NCBI GenBank assembly: GCA_022813865.1
Contig: JALDZX010000107.1
Coordinates: 1 to 36,934 of the forward strand
Reading direction: 5' to 3'
DNA from: Xylographa opegraphella
Lineage: Eukaryota
DNA: 36,934 nt
The position numbers and the translations under genes were made by a program. Every line of letters begins with the position of its first letter. Position 1 is the first letter of the stretch. Under the pieces are notes generated by a model, which worked only from the letters and a program-made list of their open reading frames with translations, did no database searches and was not told the DNA's origin. Positions 23,791 through 36,888 of the stretch are shown here, in pieces.

Positions 23791-24059
23791 TGTGGTAAAG
23801 TTCGACGGTTATTCAAATCGATAGAAACGCCTTGCGCCCTTATTATATAATTTTTCTAAAGAAATATTTTTTGGAAAAAACAAATAATATATATTAATCT
23901 TTAATAAGTTTAGATCAATATAATTTTTAGCTGCGAAGCAGTCAGTATAATCGTAATTTTAATAATATAAAATCGCTGCGTTTTTTTACCTTTTTTATTT
24001 GATAATTATTTTTTTTCTACTGTAAAATATTACTGCGAAATATATGTAGTTTTATTATA
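23791..24059 (+). repeat. 5' LTR of element C
   Basis: TGTGGT...ATTATA (RIP form of ACCACA). Shares cgccttgcgcccttattatat and aaaatattactgcgaa with the 3' LTR. Confidence 0.92.
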
Positions 24060-24060
24060 A

Positions 24061-24075
24061 TTAACGATCACGATA
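24061..24075 (+). promoter_or_regulatory. Putative tRNA primer-binding site of element C
   Basis: ttaacgatcacg directly after the 5' LTR de-RIPs to tTGGcgaccacg (TGG is the complement of the tRNA CCA end). Confidence 0.6.
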
Positions 24076-24149
24076 CGATTAAAGTATAATATTTGAAAAA
24101 TAATTTAGAAAAGAAAGAAATAATTATTTTAATCCGGAAAAACCTCGTT

Positions 24150-27100
24150 AAGAGTTTTTAAAATTACGATAAAACGAGTTTGAAAGTTTAACAAAATATT
24201 ATAATAATTTGAATTGAAGGTAAAAATACTAAAAACTTAGTCAAAAACGAGGGTAAGGCCTTTATATAATAAAAAATGATTTTTTATTTCAATCGCTAAA
24301 CTAATAATTCGAAGCAATAAATTAATTTAAAAAATATTTAAAAATATTAATAAAGCGTTTTTTATTAATTTGCTATAATTCGAAACTTTTAAATATAATA
24401 TTTAGAAATTTAAAAACAGGATTAATATATATATTTAAATAATATATATTAAATATTTTAAGTTTTTATAGCGATCGAATTTAATAGCTACAGTAATTAT
24501 ATTATTAACAATAATTTATATTTATCGTTTTTTACTATTATTATTTAAATTAATATGTTTTCAGCTCGCTCGAAATTTTTGTTTTTAAAAATATTTAAAT
24601 TTAAAGATATAAACTCGAATTTAACACGGTGAAGTAGAATATTTCGTTTTTCAAATTATTTATATATTTATTTTACCTAAATTCGCCAAAGTATTTTATT
24701 TTGATAAATTTAACGTTATTAATTTTATTAATAATTATAAAATTATGTACTTCGACTACAAGGTTGAAAATAGTATACGAATTAAACGTTTATTTAATTA
24801 CTATTTTTTTATTATAATTATTTACATAAAAGCTTTTTCAGAATTTAAATAAAAAATTTTAATTAAATTAATCGAACGATTGTTTGAGAAGCTTTTTAAT
24901 TAAAATATTAATTAAAAAATTAATTCGCGGGCATATTTTAAGCAATATAAAAAATGAATTTTAAAAAAAAGGTTTAAAGGTTTCAAAATTACTACCGTTA
25001 AGGTTATTTATTAACTTAATAAACAATAAACAAATTTGAATTTTATAAATACATCGTTTATTTGTGATTTATTTACGACCTGATAAAAAGGCGCTAAATT
25101 AAGATTATAAAGAAAGTCGATATCAAATTTAACGAGGCGAAAATTTATAATTCAAAAAGTTAATTAAAGCTGTAAAGCGTATAATTAAAAAAAGCTCGGT
25201 TTGGAAATTTTTAAAAATAAAAAAAGTATTAAGAATTTGCTAAATTTTATCGAAAAAAGGAAATATAGCTCGATTTTTATTATTAATAATAAAAAGATTA
25301 AGAAAACGAAAGTGATTATTAATAATAAAAAGATTCAGAATACGAAAGTGATTATCAATAAGGAAATCAAGGAGATTCGAATTATAATTTACCTTTAAAA
25401 ATATAAATGTAAATAAATTAACGGTTAAGTTTAACAATATAATTTTATTTATTAAATTTTTTACTCGAATTGAAAAGTTTAATCGATAAATTAAAGTTTA
25501 AATCAATATAAAACTATAATTATTCGATCGTAATTTTGATTCGGCCTTTTAAACCCAGTAACTATAAAAGGTAAATGAAAAATTATAATTCAAAACAATT
25601 ATGCGATTAGAATTTTTAAAATTTTTAAATAAATATATTTCGTGAAATTTTTAAAAGCTACGGGCGTACGAACGCGCAGATATATAATAAAAACTTTATT
25701 ATTTTTATAATTAATTTAATTATTATCGTAGATTTTGTTTTAATTTTAAAAATTTAATAAAAGTAGGTCGTATTTACTCAAACGAGCAACTAAGAATTTA
25801 TTGGATATTTATTAATAATAATAAACCATTTAAATCTTTAAATAATATTATAATTTAAATTAATTTAAAAAATTTTTGCTTTAAAAGTATAATAAACGGC
25901 AGAATATTTGAATAATATAAATTTATATAACTAATGATGCACGAATGCGTATTTTAAAAATTTAAATTTAAATACGAATTTTAAAAATAATAATTTTAAA
26001 TAAAAATTCGAGTATTAAATTAAAAACACGTTAATCAATAATACACTAAAACGCTATAATATAAATATAATTCTTTAAAATTCGCAAAAGAAGCGTAGGC
26101 GTAAATGTTTCTCGAAAAAATTATTATTAAATATACTAAGGTTATTAAGAAGAGAATTTTAAAAAATATATAATAAACTTTAAAATTATGAAAAGCGGTT
26201 AATTCGGGAACTTTGTTTTTGGCGTATTAAAAGTTGTCTCGAATTTTAGTTAAGGTTATTAGTATTTTATTATTGAAAATACCCTTGACGGTAATAACAA
26301 TAATATTATAATAAAAATCGAGAGGGACGAAAATCTTTATAAATAAATATAAAAGCACATGAAATTCGAGGATAAAGATAAAAATCAGAGTAAGGGTAAG
26401 ATAAAATAAATTAATTAATCAATTTTTAAAATTAAGAACATTAAATTAATGAATAAATTAAAGAATATAAATAAAAATAATTTTAGGTAGATAATAAAAA
26501 AACTTTTAAATATAATTATTTAAAATATAATCGCTAAAAATTTATCAACGTTTAAATTAATTTATAAATTGATATTTAAGCCCGCGAAGTCGAATATCAT
26601 TAATAAAATTCAAATTAATGAATTACGTTGAATAATGCGAATAAAATCGAATAAAACGATAATTTTGAAAAATACTCTTTATTCTTTAAGGAGTTGAAGG
26701 GCTATAATATAAATAAACGATATAATTATAATCGTTTAAATAAACATAAAAGTCGAGATTAATTTAAATAAAATATAATTAATTTGAAAATTTAAAATAT
26801 CTTATACGATTGATTAGCGGATACGGCTAATAAATATTAATATTTACGAAATAATATGAAAAGAAATATATAATGATATTAAGATTGAAAAAAGTTTATT
26901 ACTGTTTTTTAGGCGATATTCGTAGTTGAATATATTAATTAATTGTTTATCTTTAAAAAGATTTATTCGAATGCAGTTTTTATAACTATAAGAATATTAT
27001 TGTTAAATAAAGTCGAAATTAAGGCAACAAATTTTAATTTTAATATTATTATTATTATTCATTTCGAGAATATATCTACGAATAAATATTTTAAAAAATA

Positions 27101-30100
27101 CTTTTGTGGTTATTCTTTAATATTTTTTGTTAAAAAAAGACTAAAAAAATAAACGTCGAAACTGTTTTTTTATTATATCGATCGGTAAAAATAATCGTTA
27201 ATGCGTCCGAAGTTTATTAATACGAATTTTTAAATATTATACCTAAAAGTTCATTAATCAATCAGAATTTAATAATGAATAATATTATATTTATATTCAG
27301 GCCTTTAAAGTTTAAAAAACGACTTATTTTTGATTATTAAAACGATAAAATTTACAGTACGATATAAAGCGAAAAATAGATATTTAAATAATATATAAAC
27401 GCAAGGCCGATAAAATATAATTTATTAAATAAACGAATTCTTTTGACGAAATTTTTTAATGTTTAATGGCTTAAAAAATAAATTTTTACAAAATATTAAA
27501 TATATACGATAGCCCGAGCTAAACTCGGACAAGAAATTATTTATTTTTTATAATATTAAAATAATAATTAATGCTAAACTAACTTTAGACCGTATTAAAA
27601 ATCTGAAAATTAAAAAGAATTTAACTGTAAATAAAAGAATTTAGTTTTAATAGTATTATTCAATAGGGAAAATAACTTTAAACTAAAATCTTCTTTATAT
27701 TAATTAAATTTATAAAAAGTTGTTTTTTCGTAGAAAATTAAAATTATCGAGTATAAAATATAATAAACGTCAGAATTTTACGTTTTTAAGGCTTTAAAAT
27801 TAATTAAACGCGAGAATTTTAAAGTAATATTATAAACTTTATCGTAATTCCTGATTTCTGGTAAAAAAAGGTTGATAAAAGGAAGTATTAATTAATAAAA
27901 TCACTATTTGAAATTTTAATATACTCTCGAATATTAAAAAGTTTATTAAAAAGTTTGCAGATTTGAAGTTCGTTAATTTCGTAAATATATAATTAAAATA
28001 TATTTAATTTTTATTTAATATTGTTAACCGTGATTTTATAAAAATTTAAATACCCTTAAAGCTTTTAAAATATTATATTAGTATTTAAAAAAAATTCGAT
28101 CGTTTAATTCTACAAAATAATAATTTAAATTCTAAAGAATTTAATATTTATAATAATTCGTATATTTATCAATAATATTATAATTAAATAAAAGCCTTCG
28201 TATTAATTATAATAACGTTGAAACGCTTTCCAGAATTCGTCGTTGTATTCTAAAATATATATATAATTTAAATAAAATATTTTTAAACGTTAAGGTTGCC
28301 GACGAGTATATATTGAATTTAAAATTTCAATTTATTACTAAGTATTTAAAGATCGTTAATTTGATTTATAATTTTAATAAACGTATCTCGAAATCGATGA
28401 AAATTCTAAAAATTATCAAATAATTATTATATATAATTTTGAAAGATACGCGTATTTTTACTAATTTTCATTTTTATTTTCGTTGATAATAAAAAGTATT
28501 GCTTTAATCGCAGCTTTGATATACGTTTTTTTAAAAAGAATATTCTTTTTATGTAAAGAAAGTTTACTAAAATATTTTGAATTATTTGAAATTTATTTAT
28601 TTCGGTCTTTACGATTCAATTAATTAATTACGAGGCCCTGGGTAAACGCGAGGTTGTACTAATTGTATTAATGATAAATATTAATTTAATAAAATAAAGG
28701 GTTTGTTTTATATAAATTATTTTCAACGATTTTCGAAGGTATATTTATAAATATAAATATGAGCTATAATTTTCGATTAAAATTATTTACGATGCAGGCA
28801 AGCGAGAGTATTAAGTTTTATTAAAGATTTTAAAGAAAATTAACTAATATTATACGAATTTATTTTATTATCGAGGTAAACGTTTAAATTTCAGTAATTT
28901 AATGGAATAAAAACGCAATAAATATATTTGAAGTACTATTTAATTGATAATTTATATAAATTTGATATTCTAATTTCAATGTACGACACGTATTGAAAAA
29001 AATATATTATCGTTAATAAATTTTTAAAACGATTTTAAATGCCTGAAAATAATAAGATTAGCGATGATAGTATTGAAAAATTCCAGAATTTTTAATTTAA
29101 TATAACAAGGGTTTATTACGTAATATTATAAGTATTTGTAAATAATGGCGAATTTATACTCACGAGCTCGAATTTCGAATTTATGAATATTATATTTAAA
29201 ATTTTGAAATCAATTAAAAAACCCCTGTTTCAAAATTTGCATCAAGTTATAACGAAAAATGTATTAATATCGCGAAATATTTAATTATTATTAAACGCTC
29301 GCACAACCTGAATACGCGATGATATTTTAAATTTACAAAAAATAAAGTTTTTAATTCGTGACGGCAAGTTTCTTTAAACAAAAGGCAAGAATATTTTTAT
29401 ACGACGTATTATAAACAGTAAGAACTAATAATAAGAAACGATTATTTATTAATATAACTCTTCGAGTTATATAGGTATTAAAAGTATTTATCGTAAAATA
29501 TTAATAATGTTTAATAAAAAAGCCTGTTGAAAACCTGCAAGAAATATTACTAAATATGTAACGAATATTTAATACACGATCGCGCTTTAGAGAATATTAT
29601 TATTTTTGTATTTTATTTTATTATTTTATTTAAGAAAATCGCTATTAATATAATTAAAATATTTATGTTTAAAAAGAGTTACTTAATTTAAGCCCGTAAA
29701 ATATTTTTAATTAACTAAAAACTCGTACCTTTAAAATAGGTTTTTTTTAGCTGTTGTCGCTAAATTTATATAGGAAAATATAATTACGCGCTATAAAATC
29801 TTTAAAAAATTTATTTACGATAATAATTCAGAAAATAAATTTTGAATAAATGATTTAATAAATTTATATAAAGTTAAACGAATAATCGCGTTTGTATAGA
29901 ACTTTTAAGGCAACGATTTAATTAAAAAATATAAATTTATAATCGATGGTCTTTTAAAAATAATAAAAAAAGAGGAAATAAAAGATTAATCTAATTTATT
30001 ATACGTTGTTATATAAATTTATCGTACTATTATTCGTTAAAGTATAAAGAGGATTATAAACGAATTTATTTATATTTATTACTGTATTTTGCCTGTTAAA

Positions 30101-30700
30101 ACAAAATCGTTATTGAAAATACGTTTTTTAAAAATATTATTAAAAATCGTATTAATTTACTGGTAATAAAAGTTTCATAACTATTTTAACGAATAAAATT
30201 TTAAAGAAAACTATCATTCGAATTAAATAAATACGTAAATAAAATAGAAAATATTAAAATAAAGCTTTAAATATTAAAAATAAAATATATTAAATCAGGG
30301 ACTTGGTTTTTTTGTATAATATTAAGTAAAAAATTATTTAATAATCAAAAAGCTTGAATTTTAATAAATCGAATCCTATAAAATTTTGTTAATAAAGGTA
30401 ATTATAGTTTGGCTAAACTTAATAATTTAATTATATTTAATACGATATTTAAACAACGCCTAAAACTTTATAAAGTAAAAAATTTAATATATTTCGGGTA
30501 AAATTAAAAAGCTAATATTTTCGATGTTTTCGACTTTAACTTTTTAAAGTCAAATTTTGTTGATGAAAAACGAGTTTCGCTTTTACTACGAAAACATTAA
30601 AACTATAATAAAAATAAGAACGTCGAGTTTTTGAATTTAAATAATTATGATTTTTAATTAATAAATTCAGATTCGAGCTTAAAATTTATTATTTTTCGAT
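24150..30700 (+). pseudogene. Element C gag-pol RIP pseudogene
   Basis: About 26740 INIKVEIN (from IDTGAEIN). About 27840 YRNS*FLVKK (from YRNPWFLVKK). About 28165 FINNI (from FIDDI). About 28225 SRIRRCILKY (from PGIRRxxLEH). About 28790 YDAGKREY (RNase H). About 29790 RYKIFKKFIYDNNSENK (from RYGxxxxLxxDGGPENK, integrase). Both ends are approximate. Confidence 0.88.
25279..25380. repeat. 36-bp in-frame tandem repeat (~3 units) in element C gag
   Basis: attattaataataaaaagatt.agaa.acgaaagtg repeated. Confidence 0.85.
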
Positions 30701-30774
30701 TTTAATTCGCGTAAACGTTTATTTTTCTTGGGAAAGAAGAAATATTTTCTTTATTATTAATTTTTATATTTTAT

Positions 30775-30958
30775 GTTTCGTACGTACGATTCTGGCTAAG
30801 ATACCTGGGTCGATTTCGTACGCACGATTTTGACTATAATATTTCGATTGTCTGAGTGATTTTTATAATTTACGTTTCGTACGCACGATTTTGACTAAAA
30901 TACCTGGGCCGATCTCGTACGTACGACCTTGATTATAATATTTCGATTGTTTGAAATG
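30775..30958. repeat. 99-bp-period tandem duplication containing four tcgtacg[t/c]acga motifs, downstream of element C pol
   Basis: tacctggg at 30802 and 30901; each unit carries two cgtacg palindromic cores. Confidence 0.9.
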
Positions 30959-33871
30959 AATTGATTAAGCAGATTACTACCCGTTTCACGAAAAGCATTT
31001 ATATTCGCGATTTTATTTACGTTTTATTTTTCGTTTGATAAGCAGTACGCAGTAGTTTAATTATTTTCAAGTTTTATTTATATTTATATTTATATTCGCG
31101 TATCAAGAAGCGAGTACAACTTTCATATTTTTATTATATTGAATAGTTTTCTTTTATTTTTTTTTATTTTTAAAATCAAATTTTAAGTCAAAAATTAGAA
31201 TTTCTTCAAGTAAGGCTTTTACTGATGAATTTTTATTATATTTTTTTATTGAAAGTCTCGAGCTTTATTTTATTATTTTATTAATATATTTAAATATAGT
31301 TCTGCCGTCGTTAATATACCTTAATTAACGAGGTTATTAAACAAAAAAATTGCTTAATTTATCGAGTTTAATACTAAATTCTTTATCAATATTTTGATAA
31401 TGATTTTAACATTAAAAACTGAATTAAAAGTTTATTATATTTATTTTTTTACCTTCCATAATTTTATTAAAGCCTTTAAATATTTTTTAACTTAATTAAA
31501 AATACGATAATATTATATACTAAAAATCCTTAATGTCAAAATTTAATAATATTAAAAATATACTTTAAATATATAAAAACGAATTTTTGAGAAAATTAAT
31601 ATAAAAAAACTCTAGGTTGGTATTATTAAAAAGAAATATTATATTATATTCGAAAGAGAAATAGCCGCAGAAGTCGGATAATATTAAGATTAAAAAGGAA
31701 AAATGGCTACTATCTAAGTAATAATTAAACAAATATAAAGTAGTTAAATTTAGAAAAAATATTCGAAAATAGAAATAAAAGTATTAATTTTTAGGAGCAA
31801 ATTCGAGTATTTATACGAAAATGCCGTGGTTTTCTTCCTATTTAACGAATATTTTGAACGGTATATTATAATCGAATGTTAAATAAGGCTTAAAAATAAC
31901 GCGAGGGAATAATTTTTATCGCTTTAGATTAAAAAATAATAAATATATATATTTTAAAAAATAATTTTTTTAGCAATATCGAGCTTCGCAGTTATAAACT
32001 TATTTAAGCGATTTATAATAAATTTATATATATATATAACAATAATTGCACTATACACGTTGCTCCTTTAATTATTATAAAATAAAATAATAAAATAACT
32101 ATATTACTATCAAAGCAACTCGAGCTCGTATCGAGATTTTCAGAGGGTAATTCTTTAATTAAAAAAGAAAAAGGCGTTATATATTATCGCGCTGATATTA
32201 CGCTAAATCCTGCCTTAAATATTATTTTTCGAATAATACTTAATTACTTCAGCTAGTATGTTAATTTAATATAATTCAATATAATATCGTTATTTTAACA
32301 ATAATCGAGGCGCGTCGTATTTTAATTATTAAAATAAAGTTTTCAAAAAGTTCTAAGGGATTAATCAAGGTTTTAAATTTTATAAATCATAATAATGATA
32401 ATAAAAGCAGTAATAATAATAATAAAAATAAATAAATCATTATTTATTTTATTACATTTAATCCTTTTTTAAATATTTAATTTACGAAAAACTACAAAAA
32501 TTTTAATAAAATTGGCGATTTAAATTAAAAATTGAAAACAATGTTAATATTAATAAATTCGCAACAGCGTATATTACGTTTGTTAGAAGAAGTGACTGTA
32601 ATTACAAGTTTTTAAATAATTTTTTTTAATTTCAATCGAATAAATTAACGTCTTTATAAATATCAAAATTATCGAAATAATATTTTTAGATATAAAATAT
32701 ATAAAATAATATAATAATATTTTCGAGCCGCGAATTATTTAGTAAAACCCGCGAATAATTTAAAAATTTATAATTGTCAATTTACTTTTTTTAATTTGGA
32801 TTTTTTTAATATATCGGCGATTCAAGAATGGGTCGAAAATTAAATTATTAAAGAGAATTAAAAAAAATTATAACTCGTAATTGATTTTGTACTTTTATTA
32901 TACGAAATCGTAGCAGTCCAAAAATTATAATTTTTTAATATATTAATTTAAATATATCGCGATTAATTTAAAATCAGCGAGATAAAAACCTTATTTAAAA
33001 ATTAGTATCTTTCAATTATAAAATAAAAACAATTATATGAAACTTTTGTTAAAAATATATAAATATTTAAAAAAAAATAGTAAGCCAACGTTATCGTAAA
33101 AATATTAACGAAAAGAAAAACGAGTAACAAATAATTAAATAATTCGAATTAATAATAAGTACTGAATTTTGTCGAACATTAAAAAATATAATTTATTATT
33201 TAAATATGCAAAGCGAAATAAATGCGAAAATTGTTTTTTATTTTTTTATTTTTTACGAAATTAAGGGGCCAGTCAAGCGAGTTGGGCGAATAATATTATT
33301 TTAATATATTGAAATTTAAAAAAATTATTAAATTTTAAACGTTTTTAAATTTAGAATTTAAAAAAAATTATTAACAATTTACCGTGATTTACTTTCCGGT
33401 TTTTATTTTTTTAAACTTTTAAAATATATTTAAAGGCTTTTTTTACGCCTTTTCGATTATAATATAAATCACAGAGTAAAAAATAATTCTAAATATTTGA
33501 ATTAATCGAGTACGCTAAATTAATCTAGCAGTTATTAAAGATTTCAAAATACTATTAAATTTAAAATTTAAAACCCGGACCGTGTATATTAGAACCTGGG
33601 AAAACAAGGCCGTTTTAAAGATTTTATAAATAAAAAAAACTCGAGCGTTTAAATAAAATATATTCGAAATTAAATTAAATTTTTCTTATATAATTAATGA
33701 ACTAAATCTATTCGAGGCCGATAACCCCGCATTTTTAAATTAATAAATAATAACAATATATATATTAAGACTATAGAAAAAACGACTTTAAAGATAGCAA
33801 AGTCGGCGAATTATTATTAAACGATAAATATTTTGCGGATTCTTTAAACTGGAACGTTTAAATTCATTTTT

Positions 33872-33883
33872 AAAAGGAAAAAA
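33872..33883 (+). promoter_or_regulatory. Polypurine tract of element C
   Basis: aaaaggaaaaaa immediately before the 3' LTR (G>A eroded). Confidence 0.6.
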
Positions 33884-33884
33884 C

Positions 33885-34153
33885 TGTAATAAAATTCTAT
33901 AATTATATAAATCGATGGGGGCGCCTTGCGCCCTTATTATATGATTTTTTTTAAAAATATTTTTAAGAAAAACAGGCAATATATATTAATTTTTAATAAA
34001 TTTAATTTAATATAGTTTTTAACTGCGAAACAGTTAATATAAATATAATTTTAATAATATAAAATCGCTACGCTTCTTTATCTTCTTTATTTCATAATCA
34101 TTCTTCGTTTTTATTATAAAATATTACTGCGAAGCATACATAATTCTATTATA
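33885..34153 (+). repeat. 3' LTR of element C
   Basis: TGTAAT...ATTATA; same length (269 bp) as the 5' LTR. Confidence 0.92.
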
Positions 34154-35984
34154 TATTTAAATTTAAAAATTCTTAAAATAGTTTAATTTAAAAGAATATT
34201 TAAAAACGACAAAGATTTTTTTATTAATTATTATAAAGGTAATCAGCGAGGCGATAATTAATTATATATTAAATTAGGAATTTTTAAAATCGTATTAAAA
34301 ATATAAATATAAATATTTTAATAAAGAAGGTAAATTATTATAATACTATAATTATTATAAATACGAATACATGAAAAAAAGACTGTAAAAATCTTTTATT
34401 TTGCTATAAATACGAAAATAGTTACGAGGTAAAAAAATACAAAAAAATTACAAAAACGTAAATATTACGTAATTTATACGAAAAAGGGTTATAAATTATG
34501 AATAAACGCGTATATAATATAAAAAGAAATCAATAAAAGTTTTTACGAGGTATTATATAAACGTAAAACGCGAGTTGATCTAGCGATATTTAACAATTAA
34601 AACTTTATATTTAACGAGATAATTGAAAATACGAACTTTACGAATTAATAATCATAAATAACATTAAATAAATGTAAAAGATTTAATTTTAAAATTACGA
34701 CGAAATTATTTAAAACAAAGCGTAATTCGCTTTAATTAACGCAAAATTTTTTAAGCGTTTCGTATTTTTAGCGCCGATAATAAAAATGAATAATAATTTA
34801 AATAATTTAAATTAAATTAATTTTACGAATTTTAAATAAATATATATTTAAATTTACGAGTATTATAATATAATACGCAAAAGCGATTAAACGCAGTTTA
34901 ATACTATTATTAAAAGATTTATTAATTAAAAATATAAATATATTATCGATATAAAAGTCGAGGCGCAGTTTAAGCGCCATAAAATTATAAAATATAAATA
35001 AATATAAATTTATTTTATTTATAACTCGAACCTTTTATTAAAAATATATTTTTATATAGATAAAAAATCGATTTTAATATAAATAAAAAATCGATTTTAT
35101 TATATAAAGCGTAAACGCGATAGAAAACGATTATTGTAATATTAAAATCACTATTTAAAATGACGCTGAATTGAAATATATAATATATTTATATAACGTA
35201 TATAATTCTTTTTATTAATAATTTTTATAAAAAGCCTTTTAACTTTATTTAAATTAAACACTGAATTACAGTAAAAAAAATAGATCGTAATCAAAAGATT
35301 TAATTTATATTATTCGTATTGAAAAAATTAAAAAAATTAAAAAATTATAATACGTTCGCCTAGTTTCTTAATATCGCTACGAGGGCGAAATTTGAGTTAT
35401 GATTTTTATTAAGATTAATTATGAAATAACTAAATGAATAGAAAATAATTAACAATTTAATATTTATGAACAAGTAATTTACTAAAAAAATATTAAAAAA
35501 TTAAATTCGAAAAGATTTATATTATAATTTCAATTATTTATTAATTTTAATAAAAATTAGATTACGTATAATTAACGCCGTGACGGTGCAATAAAAAGAT
35601 GAAAAAGAATTAGTTTAAATAGATTTTTAAAAACTTATAATAAAAAGTTATAAATTTCGTTAAAAACTTTAAAGCTTGAATTATAATTAAAAACGCCAAG
35701 AACTACGCAGTTAAATTAAAAAGCGATTTTAAAAAGCGATCGAAATAACCGTTTTATAAATTAAATGAATAAAATAAAGATATTTAAAAATATTAAAAAT
35801 ATTTCAATTATATAAATATAACGACGTAATAGCGCTGGCGAAACGATAATTTAACGATTAAAATCTATATTTATATAAGAATACGCAAAAGACGTATTTA
35901 GTAAAATTTAACGTAAAGAGTAAGATAATAATAAGTACAAAAAATATTTTAAAGATTAAATATACGAGTTCAGTAACGCGTAGT

Positions 35985-36071
35985 AAAAATTTTCAAAAAT
36001 TTCAAAAATTTCAAAAATTTCAAAAATTTCAAAAATTTCAAAAATTTCAAAAATTTCAAAAATTTCAAAAA
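35985..36071. repeat. (AAAATTTCA)n 9-bp microsatellite abutting the assembly gap
   Basis: Directly visible. Confidence 0.95.
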
Positions 36072-36155
36072 NNNNNNNNNNNNNNNNNNNNNNNNNNNNN
36101 NNNNNNNNNNNNNNNNNNNNNNNNNNNNNNNNNNNNNNNNNNNNNNNNNNNNNNN
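36072..36155. other. Assembly gap (84 N)
   Basis: Run of n. Confidence 0.99.
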
Positions 36156-36375
36156 AAAGAAAATAAAGAAAATAAAGAAAATAAAGAAAATAAAGAAAAT
36201 AAAGAAAATAAAGAAAATAGAGAAAATAAAGGAAATAAAGAAAATAAAGAAAATGAAGAAAATAAAGAAAATAAAGGAAATAAAGAAAATGAAGAAAATG
36301 AAGAAAATAAAGAAAATGAAGAAAATAAAGAAAATAAAGAAAATAAAGAAAATGAAGAAAATAAAGAAAATAAAT
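36156..36375. repeat. (AAAGAAAAT)n 9-bp microsatellite with G variants
   Basis: Directly visible. Confidence 0.95.
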
Positions 36376-36888
36376 AAAATAGCGAAAATTATATATAAAT
36401 CGTAATTTAATAAAATGCCGGGGCTATTCGATATTTTTGATAAAAGATTTTAAATTGATATTTTGACTTCAAAATTATTTTTATTTCATTTATTTAACGT
36501 ATATATTAAAATAGTATATTATTAATTTCGTTATAAAAAACCAATATTATAACCCTTCGTAAATTGAGGAAAAGAAATTATATAAATTTATCGTTTTTTT
36601 AATATAATGAAAAAGGCTTTAAAATTAATTATCGTAATAAAAATTAACGATTTAACAAAAAAATATTTTTATTTTTAACTTATGAATTAAAGGCGAGACG
36701 CGAGCGATTTATTAAAATGAGGCTAAATTACTTTATAAAATCAATCTATACAATATAAAGTAAAAATAACGATTACACAGCGACGATATTAAATTTGAAT
36801 ATTAATAGCGTTTTTAATAACGTATTTTATTAACGACTGCTATATAATTTGCGTAAATAAAATTTTAAAAGATTATATTGAAACTAAT

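Larger units (their letters stand above)
23791..34153 (+). mobile_element. Long Gypsy/Ty3 element C (10.4 kb, non-chromoviral, possibly Ylt1-like lineage), RIP-inactivated
   Basis: 269-bp LTRs at 23791-24059 and 33885-34153, 4-bp TSD TATT, PBS-like sequence at 24061, purine tract before the 3' LTR, and PR-RT-RH-IN motifs. Confidence 0.92.
34158..36888 (+). mobile_element. Tad1-like LINE copy 1, main part: ORF1 triple CCHC knuckle, ORF2 endonuclease and RT
   Basis: 34341-34515 *YYNYYKYEYM...C / CYKYENSYEVKKY / YYVIYTKKGY are three de-RIPped knuckles. 34854 LRVL*YN. About 35557 LDY (from SDH). 36410-36860 KMPG...LFNVY...LRK...GARRER-like...LNLNINSVFNNVFY*RLLYNLRK (from LSLDISGAFDNVSHxRLLHNLRK). 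Confidence 0.88.

Noticed and set aside
30775..30958. CRISPR-like repeat with palindromic cores
   Set aside because: The 'spacers' are themselves duplicated, there are no cas genes, and the repeat lies inside a eukaryotic LTR element.
5547..35520. Giant terminal inverted repeats of a large element
   Set aside because: The inverted arms are diverged LINE copies with ORF1/EN motifs, not TIRs.
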